Source: Eledone cirrhosa
Taxonomy: Eukaryota
Direction: 5' to 3'
Length of the DNA: 64,000 nt
NCBI GenBank assembly: GCA_964016885.1
Contig: OZ024742.1
Coordinates: 276,954,001-277,018,000, forward strand
The notes under the pieces: generated by a model
The model's input: the letters and a program-made list of their open reading frames with translations, nothing else
Told to the model about the DNA's origin: nothing
Database searches by the model: none
In this document: piece by piece, positions 1-12,529 of the stretch
How the letters are laid out: the number at the start of each line of letters is the position of its first letter
Numbering within the stretch: the stretch's first letter is position 1
Translations under genes and position numbers: made by a program

Positions 1-13
1 ATATTTGGGTCCT

Positions 14-316
14 CTTCTTCTTCTTCTTCTTCTTCTTCTTCGTCTTCTTCTTCACCCACTTAATCCTGAGAGGATCTTGGGGGAAGAGTCCTCAAACACT
101 CCTTCCAGTGGGTCCTGTCAGAAGTAACCATCTCCAATTGATCCAGCTGGATCCCCAAGCGTGACCAGCCAAGCTCATGGATGTTATCCAACCATCTTGC
201 TCGGGGTCTACTCCTGGGTCTCCTGCCAGCTGGTTTTCCTTGTAAAATCTCTCCAGCAATTCTTTCCTAAGACATTCTAACCACATGCCCATAGTATCAG
301 AGCTGTGATCTCTCAA
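14..316 (-). mobile_element. 3' end of degraded RTE-like LINE with (GAA)n tail (same family as 12530-13580 and 41683-42440)
   Basis: Minus frame gives KPAGRRPRSRPRARWLDNIHELGWSRLGIQLDQLEMVTSDRTHWKECL (typical RTE ORF2 C-terminus) followed by (GAA)n; DNA matches 13360-13575. Confidence 0.75.
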
Positions 317-578
317 TTAATTTTATATTTTAAATTTGCACCCCTCCTCATAAAAATATTTTACAAATGAAGGCAAACACACCCTCTGCATCCACTGACC
401 AAAACAGCCAAATTAATGACAGCAGCAACAACAGTAACATCAACATATACACAGCACAGGAAACATGTAAACAAGAACAATAAGAATAATGCTGCAGAGT
501 ATAGAGTACTGGGTTGGTGTCCGGCACAGAATAGCTCACCTCAATTTTAAGATCTGAGGGCTCCTTTGAGTTGCTTAA

Positions 579-781
579 CCCTTTAGCATTTACATTACTC
601 TATATATATTTATTTTCATGGTAAAGGCTTTATCTCACATAATATCGAATCTATGAGATTTTGATATTATTTATTTTGAGAACAATACCTTAACATCAGT
701 ATGAGTGGCCAGTAACAGCTGGTTTCAACAGTAGAGGTGAGAGAATTCTGACCGGATATGGTTGGTTTAAATGCTAAAGGT
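579..781. mobile_element. piggyBac-like MITE (TTAA TSD), copy 1
   Basis: TTAA|CCCTTTAGCATTT ... AAATGCTAAAGGT|TTAA; homologous copies at 56562-56769 and 61773-61993. Confidence 0.8.
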
Positions 782-899
782 TTAAAACACCTTCTAGAAA
801 TGATGTCTAAAAAAAAAAAATACTGGTGGTTGTGGCACCTCATCAACACTAACCTCATTTTGAGTGAAATGGAAAAACAATTGCATAGAAATAATGGCA

Positions 900-3030
900 T
901 GAATGATGCTGGATGCAGAAATGCTGAAGGTGTCTCACCTGACAGATGTCCCATGGGTGAGCAGCATGGGCCAACTACTGCCCAAATAAGATGATCAAAG
1001 AAGCTGAACGTAGCTGTAATAGAATGCTATTTTTTGAGTAGGCTGGTTGATGATGAGGGAAAGCATGTAAAAGGTTACAGAAAATGAATGCACAACATCA
1101 GGAAGGAGAGACAAGAGTTGAAAGTAACACTATGTGACCAGATGTGGATAATTCGAAAAAAAAAAGTTGGCTAACAGAGGTCGAGTTGGAAGAAATAAGA
1201 AAGAAAGATATATCTGTAGGGGTCAAAACTGAGGATAAAGATCATGAGACTGGTGAAATTGTGATGAATGGGGTGAACGAGAGGGAGCTTGAAAGGGAGT
1301 TGATGATCAGTATCGTAGAGAAGTATGAAAGGAGTGTAAACAATAAGGAAATGATTAATGAGATCATTGAGATCATAAAAGAGAGTGATCTGAACCAACT
1401 ACAGGGACTGAAGAAAGAGAATAGAACATCTCTGAATGAATGGACAAAGGGTGAATGAGGTACTGAAAGATATTAAAAATGAAAATATATCCGATACAAA
1501 TTAACTTATTGGTGTTACGGTTGTGTTTGTTGCAATGAAAATAGGATTTGTAAATCCATCAAATGTGAAAAAAAAGGGAAGGAACCATGGTGGAAGAGAA
1601 GAATTAGAGAATCAACGAATTAAGAAGACATATTAACATCTTGGAATGTAACAAGCGAAAGGAAATAAAGAATAAAAATAAAAATCTTGAAATAGAAAAG
1701 AAGTATAATGTACAAAAGTAAGATATAAATGTCATTATTAAGGAATTGAAACAAAGGATGGAGGCCAAGGCATCCAAGTTGAGAAGATTTGAACAAAGAA
1801 CACAATTCAGAATCAATAGAATGTTCCAGCATGATCAGGATACAGTGTACCAAGACCTCGAGGGTAAAAGTAAGAAAGTGACACTGGATGCAAAAGAAAA
1901 CAGAAGATTTTGGTCAAACAAAAAGGATAATGAGGTACAGGATAATAAGAAAGCTGAATGGCTGAAGGAATTGTGGGAAAATATAACAAATGTGAAGAAA
2001 AGTGATAATTAAATAACAACAGGAATTGTATGCATGCAAGCAAAAAAATTTCCAATTGGAAAGTTCCCGAAGCTAATGGGGTCCAGGGCTTTTTGTTGAA
2101 GAAGTTAGTATCAATTACATGAGCAATTTGTAGCTCAAATGAATGCCATGTTAAACAACTGTGCAGAGATACCTATATGGATGACAATGCGTAGGACGTT
2201 GCTCTATCAGCAGGACCCTGCTAAAGGCAATGTAGTAGATAATTTTAGACCCATACCTTGCTTGCCACTAATGTGGAAACTTATAACTGGAATGATCTCA
2301 GAGTCTGTATATAAGTTCTTCAAGGAGAATGAAATTCTATTGGAAGAGCAGAAATGGCACAAAAAATCAAGTGCTGAATAATAAAACAATTTTTGCAGAA
2401 AATAAAAAGTGGCACAAGAACTTAGCCGTGGCATGGGTGGACTATAAGAAAGTCTACAACAGGGTCCCCCACAGTTGGATATTAGAGTGTTTGAAATTTA
2501 CTCAAGTATCAGACAATGTAATTTTAGGTTTATAGAAAGATCGATAGCCAGCTGTGAAATAGAGTGTGAGGAATAGTTAGGCTCTATTAACATACGAAGG
2601 GATATATTTCAGCAAGGCAGTTTATCCCTGTTATTTGTCATCTGCATGAGAAAAGTGAAAACGGGATATGTGCTAGATGGTATTAAGATCAAGCATCTGT
2701 TATTTTTTAATGATTTATGTGAAAGAGAAGGTTGGAAAGTTGTTGGGGACGATGAAGGTTTTAGTAATTCCAGTGGTGATTGGAGCATTGGAATGCTTAT
2801 TGGACAGTTTTGAAGACTGTGTAAATGGAATTGGAATTGAGGCAAGGTTACAGGTGATGCAGAGGACAGCACCTCTTGGTACAGCAAGGATTTTAAGGAA
2901 AGTCTTGTCTATGTAAGACACAGGAGAGAATGAAGTGAGGGACCTTTGCCAACTTGTAGTTGACAGCTCCTTAACTGAAATATCCAGATCGTTAAACATC
3001 TAAGTGTCAGATTTACAAAAATGAATCATA
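900..3030 (+). mobile_element. Degraded R4/Dong-clade non-LTR retrotransposon (RT plus RLE-type C-terminus), internally deleted
   Basis: Frameshifted segments EPWWKRR, KASKLRRFEQR, NFRPIPCLPLMWKLITG, AWVDYKKVYNRVPHSWILECL, then a jump (~2720) to VIPVVIGAL...TAPLGTARILRKVL*, characteristic of R4/Dong elements. Confidence 0.8.
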
Positions 3031-3109
3031 ATAAAACACTTATATGGTGCTATATATCCATCAAAGCAAAATAATTCTCATATTAATAAACTCTTTTCAA
3101 TCCCTGTGA

Positions 3110-3545
3110 TTCTTGTTTAGCTGTAGCTCTAGGTCAACCTTGATCAAGCAAAAATGTAGGTTGTCAATTAAACTACAAGGAACTCTCTACTAATCTAGAA
3201 CCCCAGGTATGTTATATCTCTATATGGTTGAGTATCATATTCATTATTTTGATATATAATATTTAGATGTATGTGGTGTGATGTGGCCGTCTTGGCATGT
3301 GGCATTCCAATCATTGTCCACTCTGTCTCTGTAAGTTTTGTTTTGTTTAGCCCTAGGTCAGTCCTGAGATATAGCAGACTATGATCAACGGCGTCTAGTA
3401 ATGATCATCTTGTCTTGATTTTAGACAGCATGTTTAGGACTACATTACCAAGGGTTTCTTTCCATTTTGAAGAAGTAGGATGGGATTTGAAACAGATTTG
3501 CCTGCTATTTCTTGCACGTCGAGCGACCATTCTCCTCATTGGTTC
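3110..3545. repeat. Unclassified interspersed repeat (further copies ~14120-14280, 14500-14830, 14970-15140, 57060-57190)
   Basis: Recurrent motif GATTTGGCTGCTATTTCTAGC(A/G)GGTCGAG preceded by a GACCTATGATCAAAGG-like block. Confidence 0.5.
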
Positions 3546-3789
3546 TGTAGGTATATAAATCCTTCAAACTAACCTATTATTTAATTTCATTTTCTCAACC
3601 AGTGCAAGCTTATATTTATTACAAAAGTACACGATCAAAGGGAGATAACTCCAATTCGTGATATTTTATTACTCTCTTGAACAAAAGTGATACCTCTGAC
3701 ATGATTAAAAAAAAACAAAAAACAAAACAATAACAAAACAAAACAAGAAAATTAAAAGTCCTGTCTCACACTAGATATGGATGTCATCT

Positions 3790-6700
3790 TAAGTTTTTGA
3801 CTTTGTTTAACACCTCAAACGAGACCTGCAGAAGAATAGATGAGATGAAAACATTTATGAAACTCGGGGTGCAAACATGGTTAGGATAACAGACTTGGGT
3901 GCTCTACGCCTTGGCTGACAGGCCCGAAACACAAGCTAATTAGACTGTCGTTTTCGAACTCAACTGAGGCATGTTCATACCTTGTAGCCTCTGATAAAGC
4001 TAGGCGTGAAAGTCGGATTGCTTTCCGAACACGCCCTGGTCTTCCACATGATGTCCGCCCAAAATTGCGTGCTGCAGCTTCCTTAAACCGCAGCTCGACA
4101 GAACATGAAAGCTTCAGCCTACGTGATGATGGGCAGATATGGAAGTTTGTTAAGGCTGCTGAAACATGGCAAAGAGATACCAGCTGGTTCGAAAACACTG
4201 TACCCACAACAACTGACAATAAAAAAAACTGAAAAAATTCTGGGAAACTAAATCAGAACAACCTGCCATCCCCTGCATATAATCATATACTGGAATCAAG
4301 GTACAAATTGTTGTCCTTGAATGCACGTAGTCTATGCAATAAGATTCATCTTTTTGACTACAACGTCAAAAGTATAAACCCTGACGTCATTACAGTCACG
4401 GAAACTTGGACACATCCCTTACTCTGTGATGGGTTTTCAGCATAACTGGCTACAACTTGTTTCGTAAAGACCGCATTAATCGTCGTGGTGGTGGTGTAAT
4501 GGTCTACGTTGGGTCAAATTTGTCGGCAATTCCTTATTTTGATTTGAACCAATCACAGCAGGAAGTTTTTTTCTGCGATATACGTATGACCATGTCAACA
4601 CTGCTACTTGGGGTCGTTTACCGTCCCCCAAATTACCACCAGGACACTCAACTTTGTGATATCCTCAGAGCTGCTGCCAGGAAAACAGCCACTTATGTTT
4701 TTATTGCAGGAGACTTCAATCACCCTGAGATTGACTGGGAAACCTTTCGTTGGCCGCCAAGTGCAAATGACTTCCTTGAGGTAGTGCTGGACTCGAATTG
4801 ATCCCAAGTAGTCACCTCCCCAACAAGAGGTGACAACACTTTGGACCTACTCTTCACCACTACTCCTGAAACGGTCACTAGTGTTACTGCTGAGGAACCT
4901 TTAGGTGACTCTGATCATGCTATGATCATTGCCAATCTATCCCTCATGGGCAGTAACAAGAACCACAACCATCTCCAAACTGTTCACTTTGACTGGAATA
5001 AAGCAGACTGAAACTGTTAATGCACTGAGTTGCAACGTCCAAACTGGCATGAGTTCTACGACTCTGGAGATGTCAACACAGTACTCCAGAACATCCTGAG
5101 CTCAATATGGACAGCATGTGCAGCATCTGTGCCACGTAATCGAAAAAAAAACATCCCAAAAGTGCAATTTGGGAGACTGCAGCAGTCCGTCTTGCCAGAA
5201 AAGAACGTCGCAATGCTGAACGTGAGTACAAACTGCACAAATCAGACATTAATGGGAAGAGGCGAAATAGATTATCCAACCACCTCAAACAGGTGACAAA
5301 AAAGGCAGTGCTTCAATTTGAGCAGCGCATAGCAACCAGCCCTGACAGTAAGGTGTTCTGGAAGTATGTTCACTCAAAGCAGAGGCCTCACTCTCCAGTT
5401 GGTCCTCTTCACAATCCCCACACAAGCCAGGTTATTGACGACCCCAAGGAATGCGCAGAGCTCATTGCTGAATGCTATGCAGCAATTTTCACTATTGAAG
5501 ACCAGAGTGTACCGTCTCCACCACCTATGACACCGGATTCTATTACAACCATGGAATTTACACCTGCAATGCTGCGACGTCGCCTAAAAAATAAACACAA
5601 CCATGCCTCTCCTGGTCTTGATGGTGTTACGTACCTGTTTTTAAACGTGGTGGGTACTGCCTTCTGCACCAGCTATCACGCTTCTTCCAATTCTGTCTGA
5701 ACAACGGTGCTACTCCAGAACAGTGGAAAACTGCCAGTGTCATTCCTCTGTTCAAAAAGGGTGACCGCACATCACTTGTGAACTATCGTCCAGTCAGTCT
5801 TACTAGTTGCATTGCCAAACTGATGGAATCCTGTGTCAGAGAAACACTTTGGAACTTCTGGAACTCTCACAGTCTTATCCGGCCCTCGCAATTAGGATTT
5901 ATCCCCAATTCCAGCTGCTGTGATCAACTTATCGAGTTTCTTGAAGACATCACCCGGATCGCTGATGGCGGCTCATGGGTGGATGTTGTTTACCTTGACT
6001 TTGCGAAAGCTTTCAATTCTGTGCCACACAAAAGACTTATGGCAAAACTCTCTGCAATGGGTGTGAAGGATGATCTTTTTAACTGGTTGAAGTCCTTCAT
6101 TCTCAGTCGAAGAGAGGTAGTCACAGTTCTGGGACAGCATTCCTCACCATATGAGATGTCATCTGGTGTACCACAGGGATCTGTTCTTGGCCCCCTTTTG
6201 TTTGTGGCATATATTAATGACATAGATGCCAACTTAAAGAATGCCATAGTACTAAAGTATGCAGATGACATCAAGCTGTACCTTGAGATAAAAAGGACAG
6301 ATCCTGAACACTATAGATCTTCCTTGCGGCCTGACCTGGACACAATACAACAATGGATCTCAGACTGGCAACTCAAGCTAGCTGTGGACAAGTACACCAC
6401 CATGCATTTTGGGAGTAAAAACCCAGCGTCCACATACTCCCTCCACAGCACTAATATCAAGAAGTCTTCTTGTGAACGTGACCTGGGCATTACGGTCAGC
6501 AGCGATTTGCGTTGGACGAAGCACGTCTCTAAAATTGTCAAGAGGGCCAAGGGTGTCTTAGCATCACTCAGCAAGACCTTTGTCAGCCGCTCTCCAGCTA
6601 TCTATTTAAGGCTGTACATGGCTATGGTGCGGCCACACTTAGAATTTGCATCACCAGTCTGGAACCCCTATCTTGCTCAGAACATTGACCGCCTGGAAAC

Positions 6701-7256
6701 TGTTCAGAGACGTGCAACCAAGCGAATACCCCCCATCAGGCATCTACCATACTCTGAGCGCCTTGCTTCCCTGGGCATGGATACATTGAAGCTCCTACGC
6801 TTGGCAATTGACTTGGTAAACACCCACAAAATTGTTAACCATCTTGCCAACAACAACCCTGAGTACCTTTTTGATTTTCATGTGTCTAACACACGTGGGC
6901 ATGCCCACAAAGTCAGAAAACAGCACAGTTACCATGACTTTCGGAAACATTTTTTCACGCTGAAGCATGTAACAAACTACCTGCATCATTTTTTCATGCT
7001 GAATCATGGAACAAACTACTTGCATCAGTTGTTAGCTATCAAGACACTGCATCCTATAAAACCTCCATGCTTCCCGAGATTCGCCAACACTACACCTAAT
7101 GTTCCCCCTCCATACACATACACACATGTATATCATGACTCATACACTATTCACTTCCCTGACATTTGTATATTATTCTATGTACTATACATGCACATTT
7201 GACGATTTGTAGTGCACCTGAGCACTTTACACAGTAATTTCATTATTATTATTATT
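3790..7256 (+). mobile_element. CR1-group LINE, near full length but disrupted (ORF1 remnant, APE endonuclease, RT, 3'UTR, (ATT)n tail)
   Basis: APE motifs LNARSL, VTETW, RKDR..RRGGGV, VVYRPP, AGDFNHPEIDW, TLDLLFT, LGDSDH (4300-4940); RT 5778-7202 NYRPVSLTS, YLDFAKAFNSVPH, GVPQGSVLGPLLF, KYADDIKL; CR1-type C-terminus VRPHLEFASPVWNP, TRGH..K; tail ATTATTATT at ~7242; several stops and frameshifts. Confidence 0.92.
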
Positions 7257-7597
7257 TGATTACACGTAACAGATATGAACTTAGAACAAAGTAGTAGAAT
7301 GAATGAAGACAACACTGATTTTACTATTCTTTTAAATCTTTCAGCATGTCAGTCATTTTTATGTGTTAAAATTATTCATCTGAGATCAAAGTAGTGAACC
7401 AATCGAAATGTAATACTTTTAACAACTGTAAACAAAAGGCGTAACTGTCGCACAATTGATGTACTGTTTTTACACGTACTTCTATAATTCAATTTGGCAA
7501 ACTGTATTGTTCAGGGTGTGACGTTTAAGGATCTGGGCTGTTGATAAGGCAGCGATACGTTACCGACATATCAGGTTGTTTATTCTAGCATCTTAGC

Positions 7598-7961
7598 CAG
7601 ACCTGCCAACCTCTAAAAACCCAAACAGGGAGTATCATGTAAAAAAGTTCCCTAAAACGGGGAGAAATGAAGCAACATGGGGGAGATTTTACATAATTGT
7701 TTCTACTTTTGGCACAAGGCCAGCAATAACTCAGACAATTACTGGTACTTTATTTTATCAACCCCGTAAGGATGAAAAGCAAAGTTAACCTCGGCGGGAT
7801 TTGAACTCAGAAAGGCAACGGCCGTAACTCTATGCGTCAAAGCATGGCGACCGACCCTCTACCGATACTGCCAATCCACAATGAAAGCTATACCCATTTT
7901 CACAAGAGAAGACATCTGGGTGGGAGATCTCTCCGTCGAACTGGGAGAGTTGACAGGTCTG
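7598..7961. mobile_element. Non-autonomous DNA transposon (MITE) with 7-bp TSD, carrying an internal SINE
   Basis: TIRs CAGACCTGCCAAC / GTTGACAGGTCTG; flanking direct repeat TCTTAGC at 7591-7597 and 7962-7968. Confidence 0.8.
7694..7879 (-). mobile_element. tRNA-derived SINE nested in the MITE
   Basis: Reverse complement has A-box TGGCAGTATCGG, B-box GAGTTCAAATCCC and core GC(C/T)TTTCATCCTTACGGGGT(C/T)GATAAAATAAAGTACCAG. Confidence 0.85.
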
Positions 7962-7985
7962 TCTTAGCTTCATTATCACCCTTTC

Positions 7986-8276
7986 CATTCTGAGTTCAAT
8001 CCTTACGGGGTTGATGAAATAAAGTACCAGTAATGCACTGGTTAATTGCTGGCTTTGTGCCAAAAGTAGAAACAATTATCACCCAGGTGGATTGGCAGTA
8101 TCGGTAGAGGGTCGGACGCCATGCTTTGCAGCATAGAGTTACCTTCCTTTATGATCTGAGTTCAAATCCCGCCGAGGTTAACTTTGCCTTTCATCCTTAC
8201 AGGGTCGATAAAATAAAGTACCAGTAATACACTAGGATAATTGCTGGCCTTGTGCCAAAAGTAGAAACAATTATCA
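7986..8276 (+). mobile_element. Two tandem tRNA-derived SINE copies (one partial)
   Basis: Pol III A/B boxes and a conserved core (resembles the MetaSINE central domain), ending GCTGGCCTTGTGCCAAAAGTAGAAACAATT. Confidence 0.85.
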
Positions 8277-8794
8277 CCCAGAGCAATGCTGCTAATGTGT
8301 TAGCTTACCAAAACAAAGCAAACAAAAATATTAGAGGGGAACTTTGGCGTGTGATAGAGTGTGCGCATCTTCCCTCCGATTTTCACCATTAAAAAAAAAA
8401 AAAATACATTTTAAAGTATAAATTTGTATGCATTCTATTAAAAATAAAATCATTGTAAATGAAAGACGAAATAGTAGCACCAGTATTGTTTCAAAGTTTA
8501 GGTTACACAGAATGGCTAATCATATCTTCACAGGACCTTGAGATAATTCAAAATTCAGATAAGCAACGTTTGACTGCACAGAAAGAGAGAGAGAGAGAGA
8601 GGGTAGTATAGAAGAAGAGTGATTCAGTAAAGAATTGAAAGGAACCACAATTAATTTAAGGTATTAATACACAGTGTAGAGGATGTATATTATTCAATTT
8701 TATTATAGGACCAGTTCTGATATATTTGGTGATGACATAGAATGACACAACTAGCCATTTTGGACATCCACAGTAAATTTGTAACTTCATTTGT

Positions 8795-9050
8795 TCATTC
8801 ATGGGATCCCATGTGCTGGCCTCGCCACAGCCCCGGCAGACTGAATAAAGAAGGCGTTTCCCTGGAGGATGGTAAGAGAGATGCACTGGAAGAGCCATTC
8901 CAACTCGCGAGGCTCACACCTGCGGCTGGCCAGCTCAGTGCCTATGGTGGTGAATAGGGAGGTAGCCCTAGGGCCAAGACCAGAAGTCTCCACTGCCAAG
9001 GGCACAACCGTGAACCTGTCAGAGAGCGACTGGTACTAGCCATTTAAAAT
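8795..9050 (-). mobile_element. 3' fragment of CRE-like (RLE-type) non-LTR element
   Basis: PLAVETSGLGPRA..LFTTIGTELASRRCEPRELEWLFQCISLTILQGNA matches the CRE-type C-terminal consensus; second copy at 13685-13895. Confidence 0.7.
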
Positions 9051-9543
9051 CACCTCTCAGCATGATACAGTATTTGACATGGTTGGCCTTTTGAATTACA
9101 GGTACAGTCCATCCAACAAGCTTCCAAACAATTTTTCTATACTCAATTTTACTCAAAAGGCATGGGTCAACCTGAGTCATGGTAAATAATATTTGCTCAA
9201 GATACCATGTGGTTGGATTGAACCTGGGACCTAATGGTTACAAAACAAATTCCTTAACCATTCCGCCATGCTGCATCTACACATCTAGTTAGTGAATACA
9301 TTTTTGACATTATAAACTCTGTACAAATGCTATACCTTGCTATCTTGTATGACTTCTCACAACAGCCATACATACAACACAAAGATACATTGTTAGATTA
9401 TGAAGGTCTTTTTTCAATACCAGAAAATACTTCTGTCTTGAATAACTGCTGACTCTGTTCAAAGAGCATCTTTACTCAAAACTATAGTACTGCTCACACA
9501 TCTGTGACAATGTTCGTACCACACACATGCACATTCTATACTG

Positions 9544-10270
9544 CAGACCTGTCAACTCTCCCCGTCCGATTGGGAAATGTCCCACCCACTGGGGTGGCTG
9601 AGAGATGTCTTCTCTTGTGAAAATGGGTATAGCTTTCATTATTGGCAGTATCGGTAGAGAGTCGGACGCCATGCTTTCCACCATAGTTACGTACCTTTAC
9701 GGTCTGATTTCAAATCCCGCCGAAGTTAACTTTGCCTTTCATCCTTACGGGGTCGATAAAATAAAGTACCGGTAATGCACTGGGTAATTGCTGGCCTTGT
9801 GCCAAAAGTAGAAACAATTATTTAAAATCTCTAAGGGCGGTGGATTGGCAGTATTGGTAGAGGGTCGGACACCATGCTTTGCAGTATAGAGTTACGGCCC
9901 TTTATGATCTGAGTTCAAATACCACCAAGGTTAACTTTGCCTTTCATCCTTATGGGGTTGATAAAATAAAGTACCAGTCACACACTGGTGTCGATTTAAT
10001 TGACTTTCCCCTTTCCCCCAAAATTGCTGGCCTTGTGCCTATATAAGAAACCATTTGGATTGGCAGTATCAGTAGAGGGTCAGACGCCATGCTTTCCAGC
10101 ATAGTTACGTCCCTTTACGATCTGAGTTCAAATCCCGCCGAGGTTGACTTTGCCTTTCATCCTTACGGGGTCGATAAAATAAAGTACCAGTAATGCACTG
10201 GGTAATTGCTGGCCTTGTGCCTAAAGTAGAAACAATTATTTAAAATCTCCCCATTTTACTCATTTTTTTT
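9544..10270. mobile_element. Second (inverted) copy of the SINE-bearing MITE with an expanded internal SINE array
   Basis: Starts CAGACCTGTCAACTCTCC, has the same MITE/SINE junction (TATAGCTTTCATT..ATTGGCAGTATCGG), three + strand SINE units 9640-10240, then resumes MITE sequence AAAATCTCCCCAT. Confidence 0.75.
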
Positions 10271-11247
10271 CACTCTTCTACCACATTCTGAATTGAAATC
10301 CCACAGAGGTTTTTAATATACCCTCAATCAATAGACTAATTATTGGCCTTATGCCTAATTTAAAATTATTGCTATTCAGATAGTGTTATCAAAAGGCAAG
10401 GGAGAACTGTACAACATTGAATCCCCTCTAAAGTGCCTTAAAGTTTTGTTTTGTTGCTCAACATTCTGAGATCAAATCCCTCTTGGTATCAATTTAGTTA
10501 ATATACTTGATGACCATTTATAAGTACAAAGTCAGATCTTGAAAAGAAAAGGAAGAGTAAATTGAATCAACTTCTCTCTTCTCTCCCTTTCAGATATGCA
10601 GATCTCTCTCTCTCTCTACTCTCCCTCTTTCAAGGTCAATAAAAAAAGTGTCAGTCCAGTACTGGGATTAATTCTCTCTCTCCCCCTCCCCCTCTTTCAA
10701 GATCAATAAAAAAGTATCAGTCCAGTACTGGGATTGATTCTCTCTCTCTCTCTCCCTCCTCCTCTCTCACCCCGTCTACCTCTCCTTCTCCACATCCCTC
10801 TACCGTTTACTCTCTCCATGGTATTTCACACTTCTTATTTCTATCTTCATGTAGTCAAGCTCGTTGCCAGGTTTTGCTCCTTTGAGGTCAGGGAGAGGGC
10901 AGAGTAGGTGTGGATCCAAAATATTCTGGGTTGGCACTTTAGTTCACTAGGAACATATTCCAGGACGTTTTTTATAAGCCTATATTCTAAAACCGAAGGC
11001 ATGTCATGGAAAAGTTGGGGGGGGGGGGGAGGGGGCAGTGCTATCCAGTGCACTCCACTCCCTGGTGTTGGGTTTGCATGTAATATATTGCATGTTGGGT
11101 TTGGATGTAGTATTTTTTCTAAACTCAGGAGGAGTTGAATTCAGCACAGTGAGTGAACAAAACAACTTATTGGTTTTATAAAACTATCAATACTATTGAT
11201 GAGTTTGTTTCTATCTTATATACTTATATACTTATTTACATCTTGAG

Positions 11248-11277
11248 AGATAGATAGATAGATAGATAGATAGATAA
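11248..11277. repeat. (GATA)n microsatellite
   Basis: Direct reading. Confidence 0.9.
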
Positions 11278-11602
11278 ATGCTTTGGCTGTTGATACAATG
11301 TGTTGTCATACTGGATATGAACCCTAGCTCCTTTGGTTGGTAATATAACCATCAGTATTGTAGCCATCATGTGACAAATTGTCAGAACGATTAGAACATC
11401 AGATAGAATGCTTTGCAGTATTTGTTCTGGCTTTCTTCAAACTGAGTTCAAAACTTGTCTAAGTAAATTTTGCCTTTCATACTTTCAAGGTCATTAAAAA
11501 AAATCATCAGTCCAGTACTGGGATTGATTCTCTCTCTCTCTCAGATATGCAGATAGATAAGTAAAAACTAGATGGATCGATGGACAGAGAGACGGACGGA
11601 TA

Positions 11603-11800
11603 TCATCATCATCATCATCACCGTTTTATGTCCATTTTTCCATGCTTGCATGGGTCAGACGGGTCATTCGTGTTGAAAAAAAAAGTCTAGCCAGGATTGG
11701 CCACGCTGTACCTTGTTCCGACAAGGCTGTAAATTTGGCCGGGGTTTTTTACAGCTGGATGCTTTTCCTAACGCCAACCACATTTACAGTGTGGGACTGA
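11603..11800 (-). mobile_element. RTE-type 3' end (UTR, terminal stem-loop, (GAT)n tail)
   Basis: (CAT)n followed by GTCCATTTTTCCATGCTTGCATGGGTCAGACGGG and CTGGATGC..TTCCTAACGCCAACC, the reverse of the RTE 3'UTR at 27300-27484. Confidence 0.75.
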
Positions 11801-12529
11801 CATGATAACTAACTAAATTGATAGAATGGAAAGGAAGAGATAGTTAGATAGATAAACACCTAGATAGTAAAATATATAGATATATGGTTACAAATTTAGC
11901 TAACTTGATAGCTAGATAGAAAACAAAGATAGATTATTAAATTGAAAGAATGAGATAGTTAGATAAGAGAGGAGACAGAAAAAGGTGGTGGTAATGGATG
12001 GGGGAATGCGACGACTATTTCTTAGAAGACTATGATTTACAGGATTAGAGAAATTAATAAGAATCAGGACACAAGCAAATTAAGAATATCTAACAGCATA
12101 ATTTTTCTGACTAAGTTGATTAATTGACATTGAAATGGCTGTAATGGAATGGAAGAAAAGGACCTGACAATATATCTGATGAAATATCAGAAATAATCAT
12201 TGAAGACCATGATAACGATATTGATTAAGAGTAGAGCAACTAGTGTAGAATGTATATGACACACACACATGTGTGTGTATATATATATATATAATATAGA
12301 AATGGCTTCTACAGGACTAGAACTGTTTCATTCAGGAGAAATAATCAGGAAGCTCGAATGAAACAGTTTAGTCCTGTAGAAGCCATTTCTACATTAAATA
12401 TTTATACTCTGCTTTGTATTGAGTACCTTACTTACTGTGGTTACCCCCGATTGAACCCGGGATAAACATATCTATATATATAGTGTAGGTAATTCAGTGA
12501 ATTACTGGTGTTGGTACCAAAGCAAGCAC

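Noticed and set aside
540-806. Possible 60-nt minus-strand exon (poly-T AG ... GTGAGC) interrupted by the TTAA MITE
   Set aside because: The peptide TSFLEGVLSNSKEPSDLKIE is not recognisable, no partner exons are seen, and the surroundings look like a DNA-transposon remnant.
5778-7202. 474-aa RT ORF as a domesticated host gene or bacterial-type RT system
   Set aside because: It is the C-terminal part of a frameshifted CR1 ORF2 with upstream APE remnants and a LINE tail.
8086-8175. tRNA genes at SINE heads (A and B boxes)
   Set aside because: Box spacing is extended, no cloverleaf can be drawn, and each continues into the SINE core.
8510-8600. Strong minus-strand acceptor after (TC)n as a candidate DHRS12 last exon
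   Set aside because: The required phase gives VKRCLSEF*, unlike the conserved DR.PV..HLPLA ending; the pyrimidine tract is a microsatellite.
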